A stretch of 64,000 nucleotides of DNA. Origin: a virus (Duplodnaviria > Caudoviricetes). Under the pieces are notes generated by a model. It did not search any database. It saw only the letters and a program-made list of their open reading frames with translations, and had not been told where the DNA came from. Location of the stretch: positions 1 through 64,000 of IMG/VR virus record IMGVR_UViG_3300005689_000302; one strand, 5' to 3'. This document shows positions 9,023 through 17,160 of the stretch, in pieces (position 1 is the first letter of the stretch; every line of letters starts with the position of its first letter). The position numbers and the translations under genes were made by a program.

Positions 9023-9550
9023 ATGAAAAACGTGTTTGTGCTGGTGGCGGCGATTTCCGCTTTTGCTTGTTTCGCCGAGGACGCGTCGGCGCAGATCTTC
9101 GCTCGAAACCGCGATGTGAACGTCAACGCCAACGGCGTGCGAGTGGAAGTCGATCGTCGCCTGTTCGGTCGCGATCAAGTGCGCGTCAACGGCGTGCGCG
9201 TCGATAATCGCCGCAATGCCAACCGCGGTCGCGATATTAACGTGGCGGTGGTCGATCCGGTCGCGGCGGCGCGGGCGAACGCCGCGTTCGCTCCGCGGGC
9301 AACGCTTGTGTTCTCTAATGGGCATCGGGCGATCGTGCCGACGGCGGCGGTTGGGCGCTTCAACGCTTTCGGCGTCTTCACCAAGCAAGACGCTTTTGGA
9401 AACGTCTTCGAAATCGATAGCTTTGGCAACGCTCGCTTCGTGGGGAACAACCTGAACCGCGGCTTCCAAGGAACCGTCTTCCGGTCGTCTTCCTTCGGCG
9501 TGCCGTTTGCATCCTCGGCGGTGTTTGTGCCGCGGGGCGCTTGCCATTAG
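9023..9550 (+). CDS. Secreted N/R/V-rich repeat protein
   Basis: Signal peptide MKNVFVLVAAISAFACFAEDASA; repeated VNVNANGVRV, VRVNGVRVD and DxFGN motifs. Confidence 0.75.
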   Translation: MKNVFVLVAAISAFACFAEDASAQIFARNRDVNVNANGVRVEVDRRLFGRDQVRVNGVRVDNRRNANRGRDINVAVVDPVAAARANAAFAPRATLVFSNGHRAIVPTAAVGRFNAFGVFTKQDAFGNVFEIDSFGNARFVGNNLNRGFQGTVFRSSSFGVPFASSAVFVPRGACH

Positions 9551-9565
9551 CGCTTATCGCCGGCT

Positions 9566-9620
9566 TTCTGATCGCCTGCCGATCACCTGCTGATCGCTTT
9601 CTGGTCGCCTTCTGAGCACC
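9566..9620 (+). repeat. Five phased 11-bp degenerate direct repeats (consensus t[tg]ctgatcgcc)
   Basis: ttctgatcgcc, tgccgatcacc, tgctgatcgct, ttctggtcgcc, ttctgagcacc read directly; intergenic. Confidence 0.8.
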
Positions 9621-9672
9621 GTCTAAACGTAGACGCCCGCCTTGCGCGCTTTTCTTCGCTGGCGATTACCGT
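9619..9672 (+). promoter_or_regulatory. Promoter copy 2: dyad CGTCTA-N4-TAGACG plus -10-like TACCGT
   Basis: ccgtctaaacgtagacgcccgccttgcgcgctttt versus 4512 ccgtctaaacatagacgcccgccctgcgcgctttt (2 mismatches). Confidence 0.7.
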
Positions 9673-9780
9673 GAACTCTTCTCGCTGGCGCTGCTTGCGC
9701 GTCCCCTCGCCTTCCCGGCGAACGGGGCGCGCGGCCGCTGGCTCAAGACTTTTCTCCCTTCCTTCTGCCCCGCCTCGCCG

Positions 9781-10188
9781 ATGATCGCCTTCGGTCCTTT
9801 GCTCGGCGACTCGCCGCCGCCTGCGCACCATGAGCGCTATGTGCTCTCGCCGGCGGAATGCGATTCGGTGTGGGCGCGGTACATTGGTTTCCTCAAGCTC
9901 TCCGGCCTCTGCGGTCCGCGCCGCGAGCGCGACCTCCATCGGATCTTGCACCCGCTGCGGGGCGTCGTGATTCGCGCCGACCTAGAAAGCGGCCTGGCCG
10001 AACAGTGGCGATTCAAGACGTTCCACGAAGCGGCCGCCTTTGGTCTGGAAGCGTACTTTCGGCCAACGCCGGCGGAAAGCCGCTGCGATTGGCCGCCCGG
10101 AAGTCATGGCAAGCTCGACGTGCTGGCCGATCGGCTGTCACGCGGGCAGGATTTGTTCCACCCCCTCGATCAAGCCGTCGAGCGCTAG
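9781..10188 (+). CDS. Hypothetical protein
   Basis: ATG after a pyrimidine tract downstream of promoter copy 2. Confidence 0.65.
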   Translation: MIAFGPLLGDSPPPAHHERYVLSPAECDSVWARYIGFLKLSGLCGPRRERDLHRILHPLRGVVIRADLESGLAEQWRFKTFHEAAAFGLEAYFRPTPAESRCDWPPGSHGKLDVLADRLSRGQDLFHPLDQAVER

Positions 10189-10271
10189 AGCGCCTGCGGC
10201 CGCAATCGATCGATGACGAATCGCTCGGCGGCCTAACCAACAATCGGGCGGCGCTGCTCGACGGCGTGAAG

Positions 10272-10424
10272 ATGCTTGTTGTCCGCCTGTGGAATCGCCT
10301 GTGGAATCGCCTCCGTCGCCAACTGCGAAACGAGATAGATGCCGGCGACGTGTGGGCGGTTGTCGTCTCGGCCGCTGTGGCGATCGCGATCTTGGTTTTC
10401 CTGAAGCTCAAGGGAATGTTTTGA
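10272..10424 (+). CDS. Small TM protein with RLWN duplication
   Basis: MLVVRLWNRLWNRLRRQ...VWAVVVSAAVAIAILVFLKLKGMF; 12-bp duplication at 10284-10307; start uncertain. Confidence 0.5.
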   Translation: MLVVRLWNRLWNRLRRQLRNEIDAGDVWAVVVSAAVAIAILVFLKLKGMF

Positions 10425-10681
10425 TGAGCGACGGAGCGCCGCGATCGCTGCCGTGCTATGGCGGGCCGTTCGACGGCGCGATAGCGACGTTTACTGATCC
10501 GGGCCCGCTGGCCGGCGATCAACGGGTAACCGTTGTCGTTCGGGGTCGCGATGTGCCCGAATGGCTGCGCCGCGAAAGCTACCTCAGTCCAGCCGGAAAT
10601 CCGAAGCTGCGGGCCTGGTACAAACTGGCCACCGATCCGAAAAGCGGCCGGCAACGCCTTGTTTACCTCGCACCCGTATAG
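10424..10681 (+). CDS. Hypothetical protein (CYGGPFDG motif)
   Basis: TGATG overlap start; GGPxDG motif common in small phage proteins. Confidence 0.7.
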   Translation: MSDGAPRSLPCYGGPFDGAIATFTDPGPLAGDQRVTVVVRGRDVPEWLRRESYLSPAGNPKLRAWYKLATDPKSGRQRLVYLAPV

Positions 10682-10691
10682 GCGATCGCGC

Positions 10692-11120
10692 ATGACGATT
10701 CGGCCGCTGCGCGTCGTGGCGCATGGCGAAACCTGGCTAGTGACGTGGTCGCGGGAAAGCGGCTCGATCAGCGCTTCGCCCGAGCTGGCGCCGTTCGTCG
10801 TCGTCGCGCGAAGGTATGTCGCCGGCCGCTGTCGCCAGTGGGCCCGCTGCCGCTCGCTCGACCTCGGCCTGGCCGTGGCGGCGATGCTCGAGCGGCTGCC
10901 CCGCGTGCCGTTGCTAAGAGCCGATCAGCGAGACGAGCTGCCGCACGTCTCGCGGCAAAAGCTCGAAGCCGACGCGCTCGCCGGTCAGCTTCCGGACATT
11001 GCCGCCTTGAAGAAACGCCGCCCGAACGGCTACTACATGACGCCCGCGCCGCCGACGCCGTACCTGGTGCCGCGCTACGAGCGGCCGGCCCGCCGTTTCC
11101 GGCCGCCTGACGATTATTGA
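10692..11120 (+). CDS. Hypothetical protein
   Basis: ATG 10692 in a co-oriented run. Confidence 0.6.
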   Translation: MTIRPLRVVAHGETWLVTWSRESGSISASPELAPFVVVARRYVAGRCRQWARCRSLDLGLAVAAMLERLPRVPLLRADQRDELPHVSRQKLEADALAGQLPDIAALKKRRPNGYYMTPAPPTPYLVPRYERPARRFRPPDDY

Positions 11121-11174
11121 TATTTCCCCTTTTTTCCTCGCTTCTCCCCGCCGCATGGAAAGCATGATGGACCG

Positions 11175-11549
11175 ATGCCGCCCGCCTTTGCCGCCCGCGC
11201 CAACAACAACAGCAACAACGAGACGAACGCCGATCGCCGTTTAGACGCCGCCTCGAAGTGGGTCGGCCATGTGCTTTCGGGGGTCGCGCTGGCCGCGGTC
11301 TGCGCGCTGGCGCTGTTTCTCGTTGAAACCAAAGTTCGCATCGCCGAATTGCAGAAGGAAAACGAAGCCAATCACACGGCGGCGGCCATCCAATGGCAGG
11401 CGGTTGTCGAGCTGAAAGCGGAAATCAAGGCCGATTTGAAGGCGTTTGGCGACAAGCTCGACGACGTGCGCGACCGCCTGCCGCCTAAGTACAGCAACCG
11501 TAATGAGTTGCGAAAAGAGGCGTCAGATACGCAAGCGGTGGTAAGATAG
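11175..11549 (+). CDS. Single-TM plus coiled-coil protein (holin/XhlA-like architecture)
   Basis: WVGHVLSGVALAAVCALALFLV followed by a heptad-rich segment. Confidence 0.6.
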   Translation: MPPAFAARANNNSNNETNADRRLDAASKWVGHVLSGVALAAVCALALFLVETKVRIAELQKENEANHTAAAIQWQAVVELKAEIKADLKAFGDKLDDVRDRLPPKYSNRNELRKEASDTQAVVR

Positions 11550-11600
11550 TCGGCAAATATGCGGTAGGGCAGGACCGCAAAGGTAGCGGGATCACTTCCA

Positions 11601-11653
11601 GGCGGGACGTGGGAGCGCGCTTGACGCCAGCGCCTCCCAAGTGTCGTCCCGCC
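11601..11653 (+). other. Long intergenic stem-loop
   Basis: ggcgggacg/cgtcccgcc and tgggagcgc/gcgcctccca arms. Confidence 0.6.
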
Positions 11654-11669
11654 GCTCTTAGGGTCTTCG

Positions 11670-11939
11670 ATGGCGTCGAGAAACACAAGCACGCGTTCGC
11701 GTGCAGCGCGCGTCAAGCTGGCGGGGCAGGGCCAGAAGCGGATCCGCAAGCAGCCGACGGTTATCGGCCTCCGCGTGCGGCCGGTCTGCGAATCGTGCGG
11801 CTGTTTGATGCGCTCGCGCAAAGTCACCAAGCGCGCCACCCACTATTACTGCCTGACCGCCGGCTGTGACGGGAAAGCGAAGAAGCTCCTGCGCGCTGAA
11901 CCGCCGGCAATCGATCCTCCCCGAGCGACTTCCGCATGA
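11670..11939 (+). CDS. C4 zinc-finger protein (Ogr/Delta-like spacing)
   Basis: PVCESCGCLMRSRKVTKRATHYYCLTAGC; basic N-terminus. Confidence 0.55.
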   Translation: MASRNTSTRSRAARVKLAGQGQKRIRKQPTVIGLRVRPVCESCGCLMRSRKVTKRATHYYCLTAGCDGKAKKLLRAEPPAIDPPRATSA

Positions 11940-12151
11940 CGCGCATCCTCTCGATCGCCGAAGCCGGCCGGCCAGTCCTCGGGCTCCACCTTCCGAATGG
12001 CTACTACTCCGGGGTGTGGGGCGGCTATGTCGTGAAGGCGACGATCGACGGCCGCTACTTGGAAATGCGTACCGAAGACGGGATCCGCTGCCCGCGAGCC
12101 GACTGCACGGTGTTTGTGCGCGGCGATCAAGTGCATGTGGAATGTGATTGA
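11936..12151 (+). CDS. Hypothetical protein
   Basis: ATGA overlap; coupled operon. Confidence 0.7.
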   Translation: MTRILSIAEAGRPVLGLHLPNGYYSGVWGGYVVKATIDGRYLEMRTEDGIRCPRADCTVFVRGDQVHVECD

Positions 12152-12387
12152 TGACCGCTAGTAGCGTGCCGCCGAAGGATGCCCAATGGGCGGCGCAAGC
12201 GCTGAGGCGGATCAATGAGACGGACGAGCGTTTCGCTGAGTCGCTTCAAGACGTGGCGCGAACGTCCGGCGGCTGTCCCGAGATTGCCCATCAGCTCGCC
12301 GACCGAATCCTGATAGACCTGCTCGCCTCGCTCGGCTGCCACCGCTCGGTTGCGGCCTTCGAAGCAATTACGAAGTGGTATTCATGA
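12151..12387 (+). CDS. Conserved small phage protein (AH..AD.IL...LG...F..I.KWY)
   Basis: TGATG overlap; recurrent phage family motif. Confidence 0.75.
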   Translation: MTASSVPPKDAQWAAQALRRINETDERFAESLQDVARTSGGCPEIAHQLADRILIDLLASLGCHRSVAAFEAITKWYS

Positions 12388-12749
12388 AACGCCCGCGCGC
12401 CAAAACCCGTCTCTGCAAGCTCGATCCCGCCGGGATCCCGCTCAACAAGATTTCCTTCGAAGAATTGCAACGCATCTTCTGTGTCGCCGGCCTGACGTCC
12501 GGGCGGGCGTGCAAGAAGAATTCGGCGCCGCCGCCGCCGCCGGTTATCGAGTGCAAGTTGCCGACCGCCGTCCCGCTGCGAAAGCGCGACGAACGCGAGA
12601 CGGTGAAAGCGAAGTCGCCGGCCAACGCGCCCGCGAGCAAGCCGTGGCGGTTCATGCCGTTCATCAGTGGCGGCCGTGTGCGGTTTGCGCGGCGGCTGCG
12701 CACGAAGCCAGCTCGCACGCCGACATATTCGAACGAAAGCGACGAATGA
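12384..12749 (+). CDS. Hypothetical basic protein
   Basis: ATGA overlaps at both ends. Confidence 0.6.
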   Translation: MKRPRAKTRLCKLDPAGIPLNKISFEELQRIFCVAGLTSGRACKKNSAPPPPPVIECKLPTAVPLRKRDERETVKAKSPANAPASKPWRFMPFISGGRVRFARRLRTKPARTPTYSNESDE

Positions 12750-12961
12750 CGCCTGAGAAATGTTGTGGCACGTGTCGGCACGCGTCGGAATTCGTCGCTG
12801 GCGAGTTTTCTAGTACGAAGTGGGCGGACTGCAACTATCCATTTCCTCTTCTGCCAGCCTGGGTTTTGGCGGTTGACGGCTACAGCAAGGTGCACGAATC
12901 CGAAGGTAAGGGTTGTAAATGCTATGCGCCCATCGAGCTTGTTCCTGAGAAGGTTGAATGA
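12746..12961 (+). CDS. Small Cys-rich hypothetical protein
   Basis: MTPEKCCGTCRH...ADC...GCKCY. Confidence 0.65.
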   Translation: MTPEKCCGTCRHASEFVAGEFSSTKWADCNYPFPLLPAWVLAVDGYSKVHESEGKGCKCYAPIELVPEKVE

Positions 12962-13389
12962 TTCCCGTCGATCAAACTCGCTTTCACGATCCTGAAGGCA
13001 AGTCGCCTCCTGGTAACTGCTGGGCGGCTTGCCTGGCGAGCATCCTCGAGTTTCGGCTCGAAGACGTGCCGGACTTGGCCGACTATTGGACGCCAGACGC
13101 ATCGGCTGCGAAGGTGTGGAACGCGTATTACGACGCGACAATCGCTTGGCTGGCAAAGCAAAACCTCGGCTTTGTCGAAGCGCACTTCGATCAATACAAC
13201 CGCGACTTGACGGATAACGCCTGGTGTCTCATTGCCGGGCCGAGCCCTCGCTATCCAGTTTTTCATAGCGTCGTCGGCCGCAACTTCGAAGTGGTTCACG
13301 ATCCTCACCCAAGCCGCGCCGGTTTGGCGGGTGAGCGTCGCGAATGGCTGTTTGGTTACGTCGTTCTTCTTGACCCTGCTCGTCGCTGA
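12958..13389 (+). CDS. Putative papain/C39-like Cys-His protein
   Basis: GNCWAACLASILE ... FHSVVG ... VVHDPHPS. Confidence 0.55.
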   Translation: MIPVDQTRFHDPEGKSPPGNCWAACLASILEFRLEDVPDLADYWTPDASAAKVWNAYYDATIAWLAKQNLGFVEAHFDQYNRDLTDNAWCLIAGPSPRYPVFHSVVGRNFEVVHDPHPSRAGLAGERREWLFGYVVLLDPARR

Positions 13390-13529
13390 TGGCCAAGCCC
13401 TGGCGCCTGCCTCGCTCCTACGAGCTCAATTCCTTCGCTCTTCTCCCCGACGGCGCGCTGCCCGAGCCGCCGTTTCTCTTCCCCGCCTCCATTCGACACT
13501 CTTCAACACCCATAAAAGGGAAAAACCGC

Positions 13530-13871
13530 ATGGCCTGCCGCCTCAAAGCCGAGCGCATCGAGCGCTATTTCCACCTGCGTAACAGCCGCTTGGAGCAACA
13601 GCGGCATATCGACGCGATCAAGCGCGAAGAGGATCAAATCGCCAAGGAGCTAGAAGCGTACCTCGAAGAAAAGGGCGTTAGCGAAGCCACCGTTTGCAAC
13701 AAACGCTATCGCCTGGGCTTTTCCGACGGGGCGGCAATCGTCTCTTGGAAGGACGAGTTCATCCGCGTGAAGAGCGCCGAGGACGCCGAGCGAATCTTGA
13801 CCGAAGCCCCCAAGCGGCGAAAACTTACCGTAGTGGACCTGTCCCCCGCCGGCGCCGCTTCCGCGGCCTAG
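13530..13871 (+). CDS. Hypothetical coiled-coil phage protein
   Basis: ATG 13530 after aaagggaaaaa; helical N-terminus. Confidence 0.7.
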   Translation: MACRLKAERIERYFHLRNSRLEQQRHIDAIKREEDQIAKELEAYLEEKGVSEATVCNKRYRLGFSDGAAIVSWKDEFIRVKSAEDAERILTEAPKRRKLTVVDLSPAGAASAA

Positions 13872-13921
13872 TCTCATCCGCCGGCCGTTTATCCCGCCTT
13901 CTCGCCCCGCCTTCGTACCCG

Positions 13922-14335
13922 ATGCGATTCTGCGCACCTCCCGGCGCGTTTCTCGCGGCCTTCCTCCTGGCTGCGCTTGCGGTCCAACTTCTTGCGGCGG
14001 GCGCCGATGGCGGGAAAACGCTAGAGAGTGGCGGTTGCGCCGCGCCGGCGATCGATCCTCCTGAGAGCGTCCCTGCCTCGCCGGCGCTGTCGGCGGGGTG
14101 CGCGAGCCTGAGAGCGCAGCCTCCGCGAGTTCCTCTTGCCGCGGCCGTGACTCCGACCGCCGCGGCGACAACTAAGACTTCTTCGCGCTCTTCTTCGCCG
14201 CCTTCTTGGGCGACGGTTTGGACGCGCGACCGGTCGCCGACGACTTGGCGGCGCCCGTTTTCGCTTTGGGCGATTTCGCCGGCGCGGTGCGCTGCGTCGT
14301 TCGCGATGTCGTTCCTGATTTCCTGGCGGCCATAA
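13922..14335 (+). CDS. Putative secreted low-complexity protein; 3' half is probably the shadow of the antisense gene
   Basis: Signal-like MRFCAPPGAFLAAFLLAALAVQLLAAGA; last 54 codons overlap the minus-strand gene 14172-14333. Confidence 0.35.
   Translation: MRFCAPPGAFLAAFLLAALAVQLLAAGADGGKTLESGGCAAPAIDPPESVPASPALSAGCASLRAQPPRVPLAAAVTPTAAATTKTSSRSSSPPSWATVWTRDRSPTTWRRPFSLWAISPARCAASFAMSFLISWRP
14172..14333 (-). CDS. 53-aa histone H1-like basic peptide (absent from ORF track)
   Basis: MAARKSGTTSRTTQRTAPAKSPKAKTGAAKSSATGRASKPSPKKAAKKSAKKS; AAGGAG SD 9 nt upstream; TATGCT -10-like hexamer at 14399-14394. Confidence 0.75.
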   Translation of the reverse strand: MAARKSGTTSRTTQRTAPAKSPKAKTGAAKSSATGRASKPSPKKAAKKSAKKS

Positions 14336-14417
14336 GACGATTCTCCTTGCCTGAGAGTGCGGAAGCCGCGGGCGGTCCGCGGCGATTGCGATCAGCATAA
14401 CCGTTTTTTGATTTTGT

Positions 14418-14843
14418 TTGGAAGGGGCGCTCCTACTCCTGGCGGCGATCTTGGCGGCGATCATCCCGCGCTCGCCGATCGCTGAGGACGCCGTCGACGT
14501 CGTCGAAGACAACCGAACCTACGACGAAGACAACGGGAACCTGCTCTTCCGGCAACTCCTGTTTTGGGAGCTGGCCAACGACGGAAGCGAACGCCTGGTC
14601 GCCTATCGCGTCTTGACTCACGACGCCGAGCGACTGCTGCCGGGCAACGCAGCGGTGGTGTTCGCCGACCGGATCGTCAGCCATCGGGCGGCGCCAAATC
14701 TGGTTCGCGGCCCGGTGCTGCGACGGATTGAGGCGCGTTTCGTGCGGCGCACTTGGACGCAACACGATCCCGAGCTGCTCGATCGCCAGTTTTGGCCGCA
14801 AGAGCTGCGGCGTGAACAGCTCCCGCCGGGCGAAAGGTGGTGA
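14418..14843 (+). CDS. Secreted protein of a Planctomycete-type family (VDVVE.N..YD...FRQLLFWE ... TWTQHDPEL)
   Basis: Hydrophobic N-terminus; motif recalled from Planctomycete hypothetical proteins. Confidence 0.65.
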   Translation: MEGALLLLAAILAAIIPRSPIAEDAVDVVEDNRTYDEDNGNLLFRQLLFWELANDGSERLVAYRVLTHDAERLLPGNAAVVFADRIVSHRAAPNLVRGPVLRRIEARFVRRTWTQHDPELLDRQFWPQELRREQLPPGERW

Positions 14844-14846
14844 CGC

Positions 14847-15380
14847 ATGGAACTATTCAGCATCCGACAAAACACACTCGTTTTCGCCGACCTGCCGCGC
14901 AACGCCTTTAGCTGCCTGCGCCTGGCGCCGTGGGTGACGATCGACATTCTGCCGCAAGTAGGCGCGACGCGCCGCTGGAACGTCAGCGGGCAACGAACGG
15001 CCGGCATGGCGGGCGTCGTCCTGGCCGAAGGCGATCCGCTGCGGCACGTCGTCGCCAGCCTGAAGGAGCTCGAAAGCCTCGAGCGTGATGGCGCTCTGCC
15101 GCGAGCGCCTGACGATGTGCCGATCGCTCCGTTTGCCGCCGAGTCCGCTGAAAGCGACGACGAAGAGCCCGACGCCCTCTCGCCGGCGGCGCGCGCCTTT
15201 CTCGCCAAGGAAACGGTCGGCGTCTTTCAATCGCGGCTGCGCGAAGCGGACGGCGAAGCGTGGAACGATTCCCGCGGCTTGTCCGACGAAGAGCGCGCCG
15301 TGTACCTCGGCGCCCTGAAACATCTGTCCGCCGCCTTTGCCGGCGCGCCCGCCTCTCCTTCTCCACTCGCCCGCCACTAA
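14847..15380 (+). CDS. Hypothetical protein
   Basis: ATG 3 nt after the previous stop. Confidence 0.7.
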   Translation: MELFSIRQNTLVFADLPRNAFSCLRLAPWVTIDILPQVGATRRWNVSGQRTAGMAGVVLAEGDPLRHVVASLKELESLERDGALPRAPDDVPIAPFAAESAESDDEEPDALSPAARAFLAKETVGVFQSRLREADGEAWNDSRGLSDEERAVYLGALKHLSAAFAGAPASPSPLARH

Positions 15381-15740
15381 ATGAGCGCCATCGTTTCCCG
15401 TTACGACAACGCCTCGGCCGTCATTGCTGAAACCGAAACCGAATCGACGGCGGTCGCGATCGGCGAATATGTCGCCGGGAGCTTCCAGTTTCCCGCCGCG
15501 ATGACCGGGACAAGCGTCAACATCCAGGTTTCGAACGACAACACGAACTGGACCGACCTCGACGACTCCGACGTCGATTCGGACGATTCGGCCGCGGCGA
15601 CGCTCACCTATACGAAGGCCGACGATCAAGTTCGCAAAATCCACGACGACGCCTTCCGCTTCAAGTATCTGCGGTTCGTCTCGCAAGCCGCCGAAGCGGC
15701 CGAACGGACGATCGCCGTCTTTCTCAAAGGCAACAAATAG
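15381..15740 (+). CDS. Small acidic beta-rich protein, possibly a virion component
   Basis: FPAAMTGTSVNIQVSNDNTNWTDL ... FKYLRFVS, a beta-sandwich-like pattern. Confidence 0.65.
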   Translation: MSAIVSRYDNASAVIAETETESTAVAIGEYVAGSFQFPAAMTGTSVNIQVSNDNTNWTDLDDSDVDSDDSAAATLTYTKADDQVRKIHDDAFRFKYLRFVSQAAEAAERTIAVFLKGNK

Positions 15741-15824
15741 TTGCCGGCCGCTGGCGTCTGGTCGCTGCAATAGCGATCGATCGCCGGCGCTTTCTCTTCT
15801 CCTGCTCATCACCCACAAACGCGC

Positions 15825-16835
15825 ATGCCCATTACCGCCGACCTTGTCGCCGCCGTTCAAGCCTTCAACGACGTTCATCGCGCCTGGGCCGATTCGCCCG
15901 GCAAGGATCCGCCGCCGGCCGAATACTGGTACGCGCTCGACGCGCTGATCGAGACGTTTGCGGGCATTTCGGAAATGCCGAACGAATGCTTTCCGCTACA
16001 ACGAGCGGTCAACAACCTGTCGGTTGCGCTCGCCGAGTTCGACGCCAGCGGATCGCCGACGCCGGGGGACGGCTTTTGGACGGCGCGCGAAGCGCTGGAA
16101 ATCGCCCTTCGCAACTCGAACGTCGCCGCGACGCTCGCCCCGCTCGAGTCGATTCAGCAATTGCACGACGAAAAAGTTCATCACGAGCAAATCGCCCGGA
16201 TGTACGGTTTCGTCGATCGCGACGGCAAGGGGAAAGCGCACGTCGTCGCCAAGGAGCTCGCCCGCCCGGGAAGCGCCGTCGATTGGTCGAAGTGGGTCGA
16301 TCCGCGCCTGAAGGATTACGGCGGGCAAGCGCCGCCGCCGGGCAACGGCGAAATCGGCTACGTTCCGCCGGTGCTGCTGGGCGGATCCGTCGCCGGGGCG
16401 CCTGGCGTGCCCGGCGGATCGCCGGCGCCGGCCTGCCCCGAATCGAGCGAAGACTTGTTTTTGCAAAAGGTCAGCGTCCAGCAAGCCGCCAAGATGCTCG
16501 GCCGCACGGCGCACGACGTCGCCGCCGAGTGGCGCGGCTTCGAAGCCAAATACGCGCGCAGCACGCAAGAAGTCGCCATCGAACGGGCGCAGAAGCAAAT
16601 CGCCGAGCTGGATGGTTTGCCGGCGGACAATAGCAACCACCACAAGCCGGCGGGCGACGGGTTCGTCTCGCCTGAGCCATCCGCCGAGGATCGCGACGAG
16701 TTCGCGGGAATGTCCGACGACGATCTGCGCGAAGAGTGCAAGCGAAGGGGCGTCGGCTTCTCGCCGAGCACCAAGCGCAAGGCCCTGCTTTCCAAGCTGC
16801 GGCAAGCGACCGCCGAGCCGGCTTTCGCGCAGTAA
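15825..16835 (+). CDS. Hypothetical protein with C-terminal HeH/Rho-N/SAP-like domain
   Basis: MSDDDLREECKRRGVGFSPSTKRKALLSKL at the C-terminus. Confidence 0.65.
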   Translation: MPITADLVAAVQAFNDVHRAWADSPGKDPPPAEYWYALDALIETFAGISEMPNECFPLQRAVNNLSVALAEFDASGSPTPGDGFWTAREALEIALRNSNVAATLAPLESIQQLHDEKVHHEQIARMYGFVDRDGKGKAHVVAKELARPGSAVDWSKWVDPRLKDYGGQAPPPGNGEIGYVPPVLLGGSVAGAPGVPGGSPAPACPESSEDLFLQKVSVQQAAKMLGRTAHDVAAEWRGFEAKYARSTQEVAIERAQKQIAELDGLPADNSNHHKPAGDGFVSPEPSAEDRDEFAGMSDDDLREECKRRGVGFSPSTKRKALLSKLRQATAEPAFAQ

Positions 16836-16860
16836 CGCTCTCTCCTGGTCGTGAGAAACA

Positions 16861-17157
16861 ATGCTCGACGCTGAAAAGCTGCGCGCCGCGGGCGTGTCTG
16901 AAGAGGAAATCAACGAGCTGCTCGCCAAGCGCGTTCACAAGATCACGCCTGCGCAGCGCAAATTGCTCGACGCCTATCCGCGCTACGTCTTTAGCGACGC
17001 GGTTTGGCGTCGCGAAGTCGGCGCGGTGGTGCGCGTTCGCAACGCCTTCGAAGAGACGGGCGGGACGATCGTCGCCAAGCTCTCTGACGCCGCCTACCTG
17101 GTGCGCGTCTTCGACGTCGAAGTCGTCGTTCACGAGTCCGCCGAGGCCTGGGTGTAG
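16861..17157 (+). CDS. Hypothetical protein
   Basis: Co-oriented, immediately upstream of TerS. Confidence 0.7.
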   Translation: MLDAEKLRAAGVSEEEINELLAKRVHKITPAQRKLLDAYPRYVFSDAVWRREVGAVVRVRNAFEETGGTIVAKLSDAAYLVRVFDVEVVVHESAEAWV

Positions 17158-17160
17158 CGA

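Noticed and set aside
11550-11600. c-di-GMP-I riboswitch look-alike (GGCAAA...GCAAA...GGUAGCGGG)
   Set aside because: The GNRA-capped P2 and the 5' arm of P3 are missing; similarity is fragmentary. A cmscan with RF01051 would settle it
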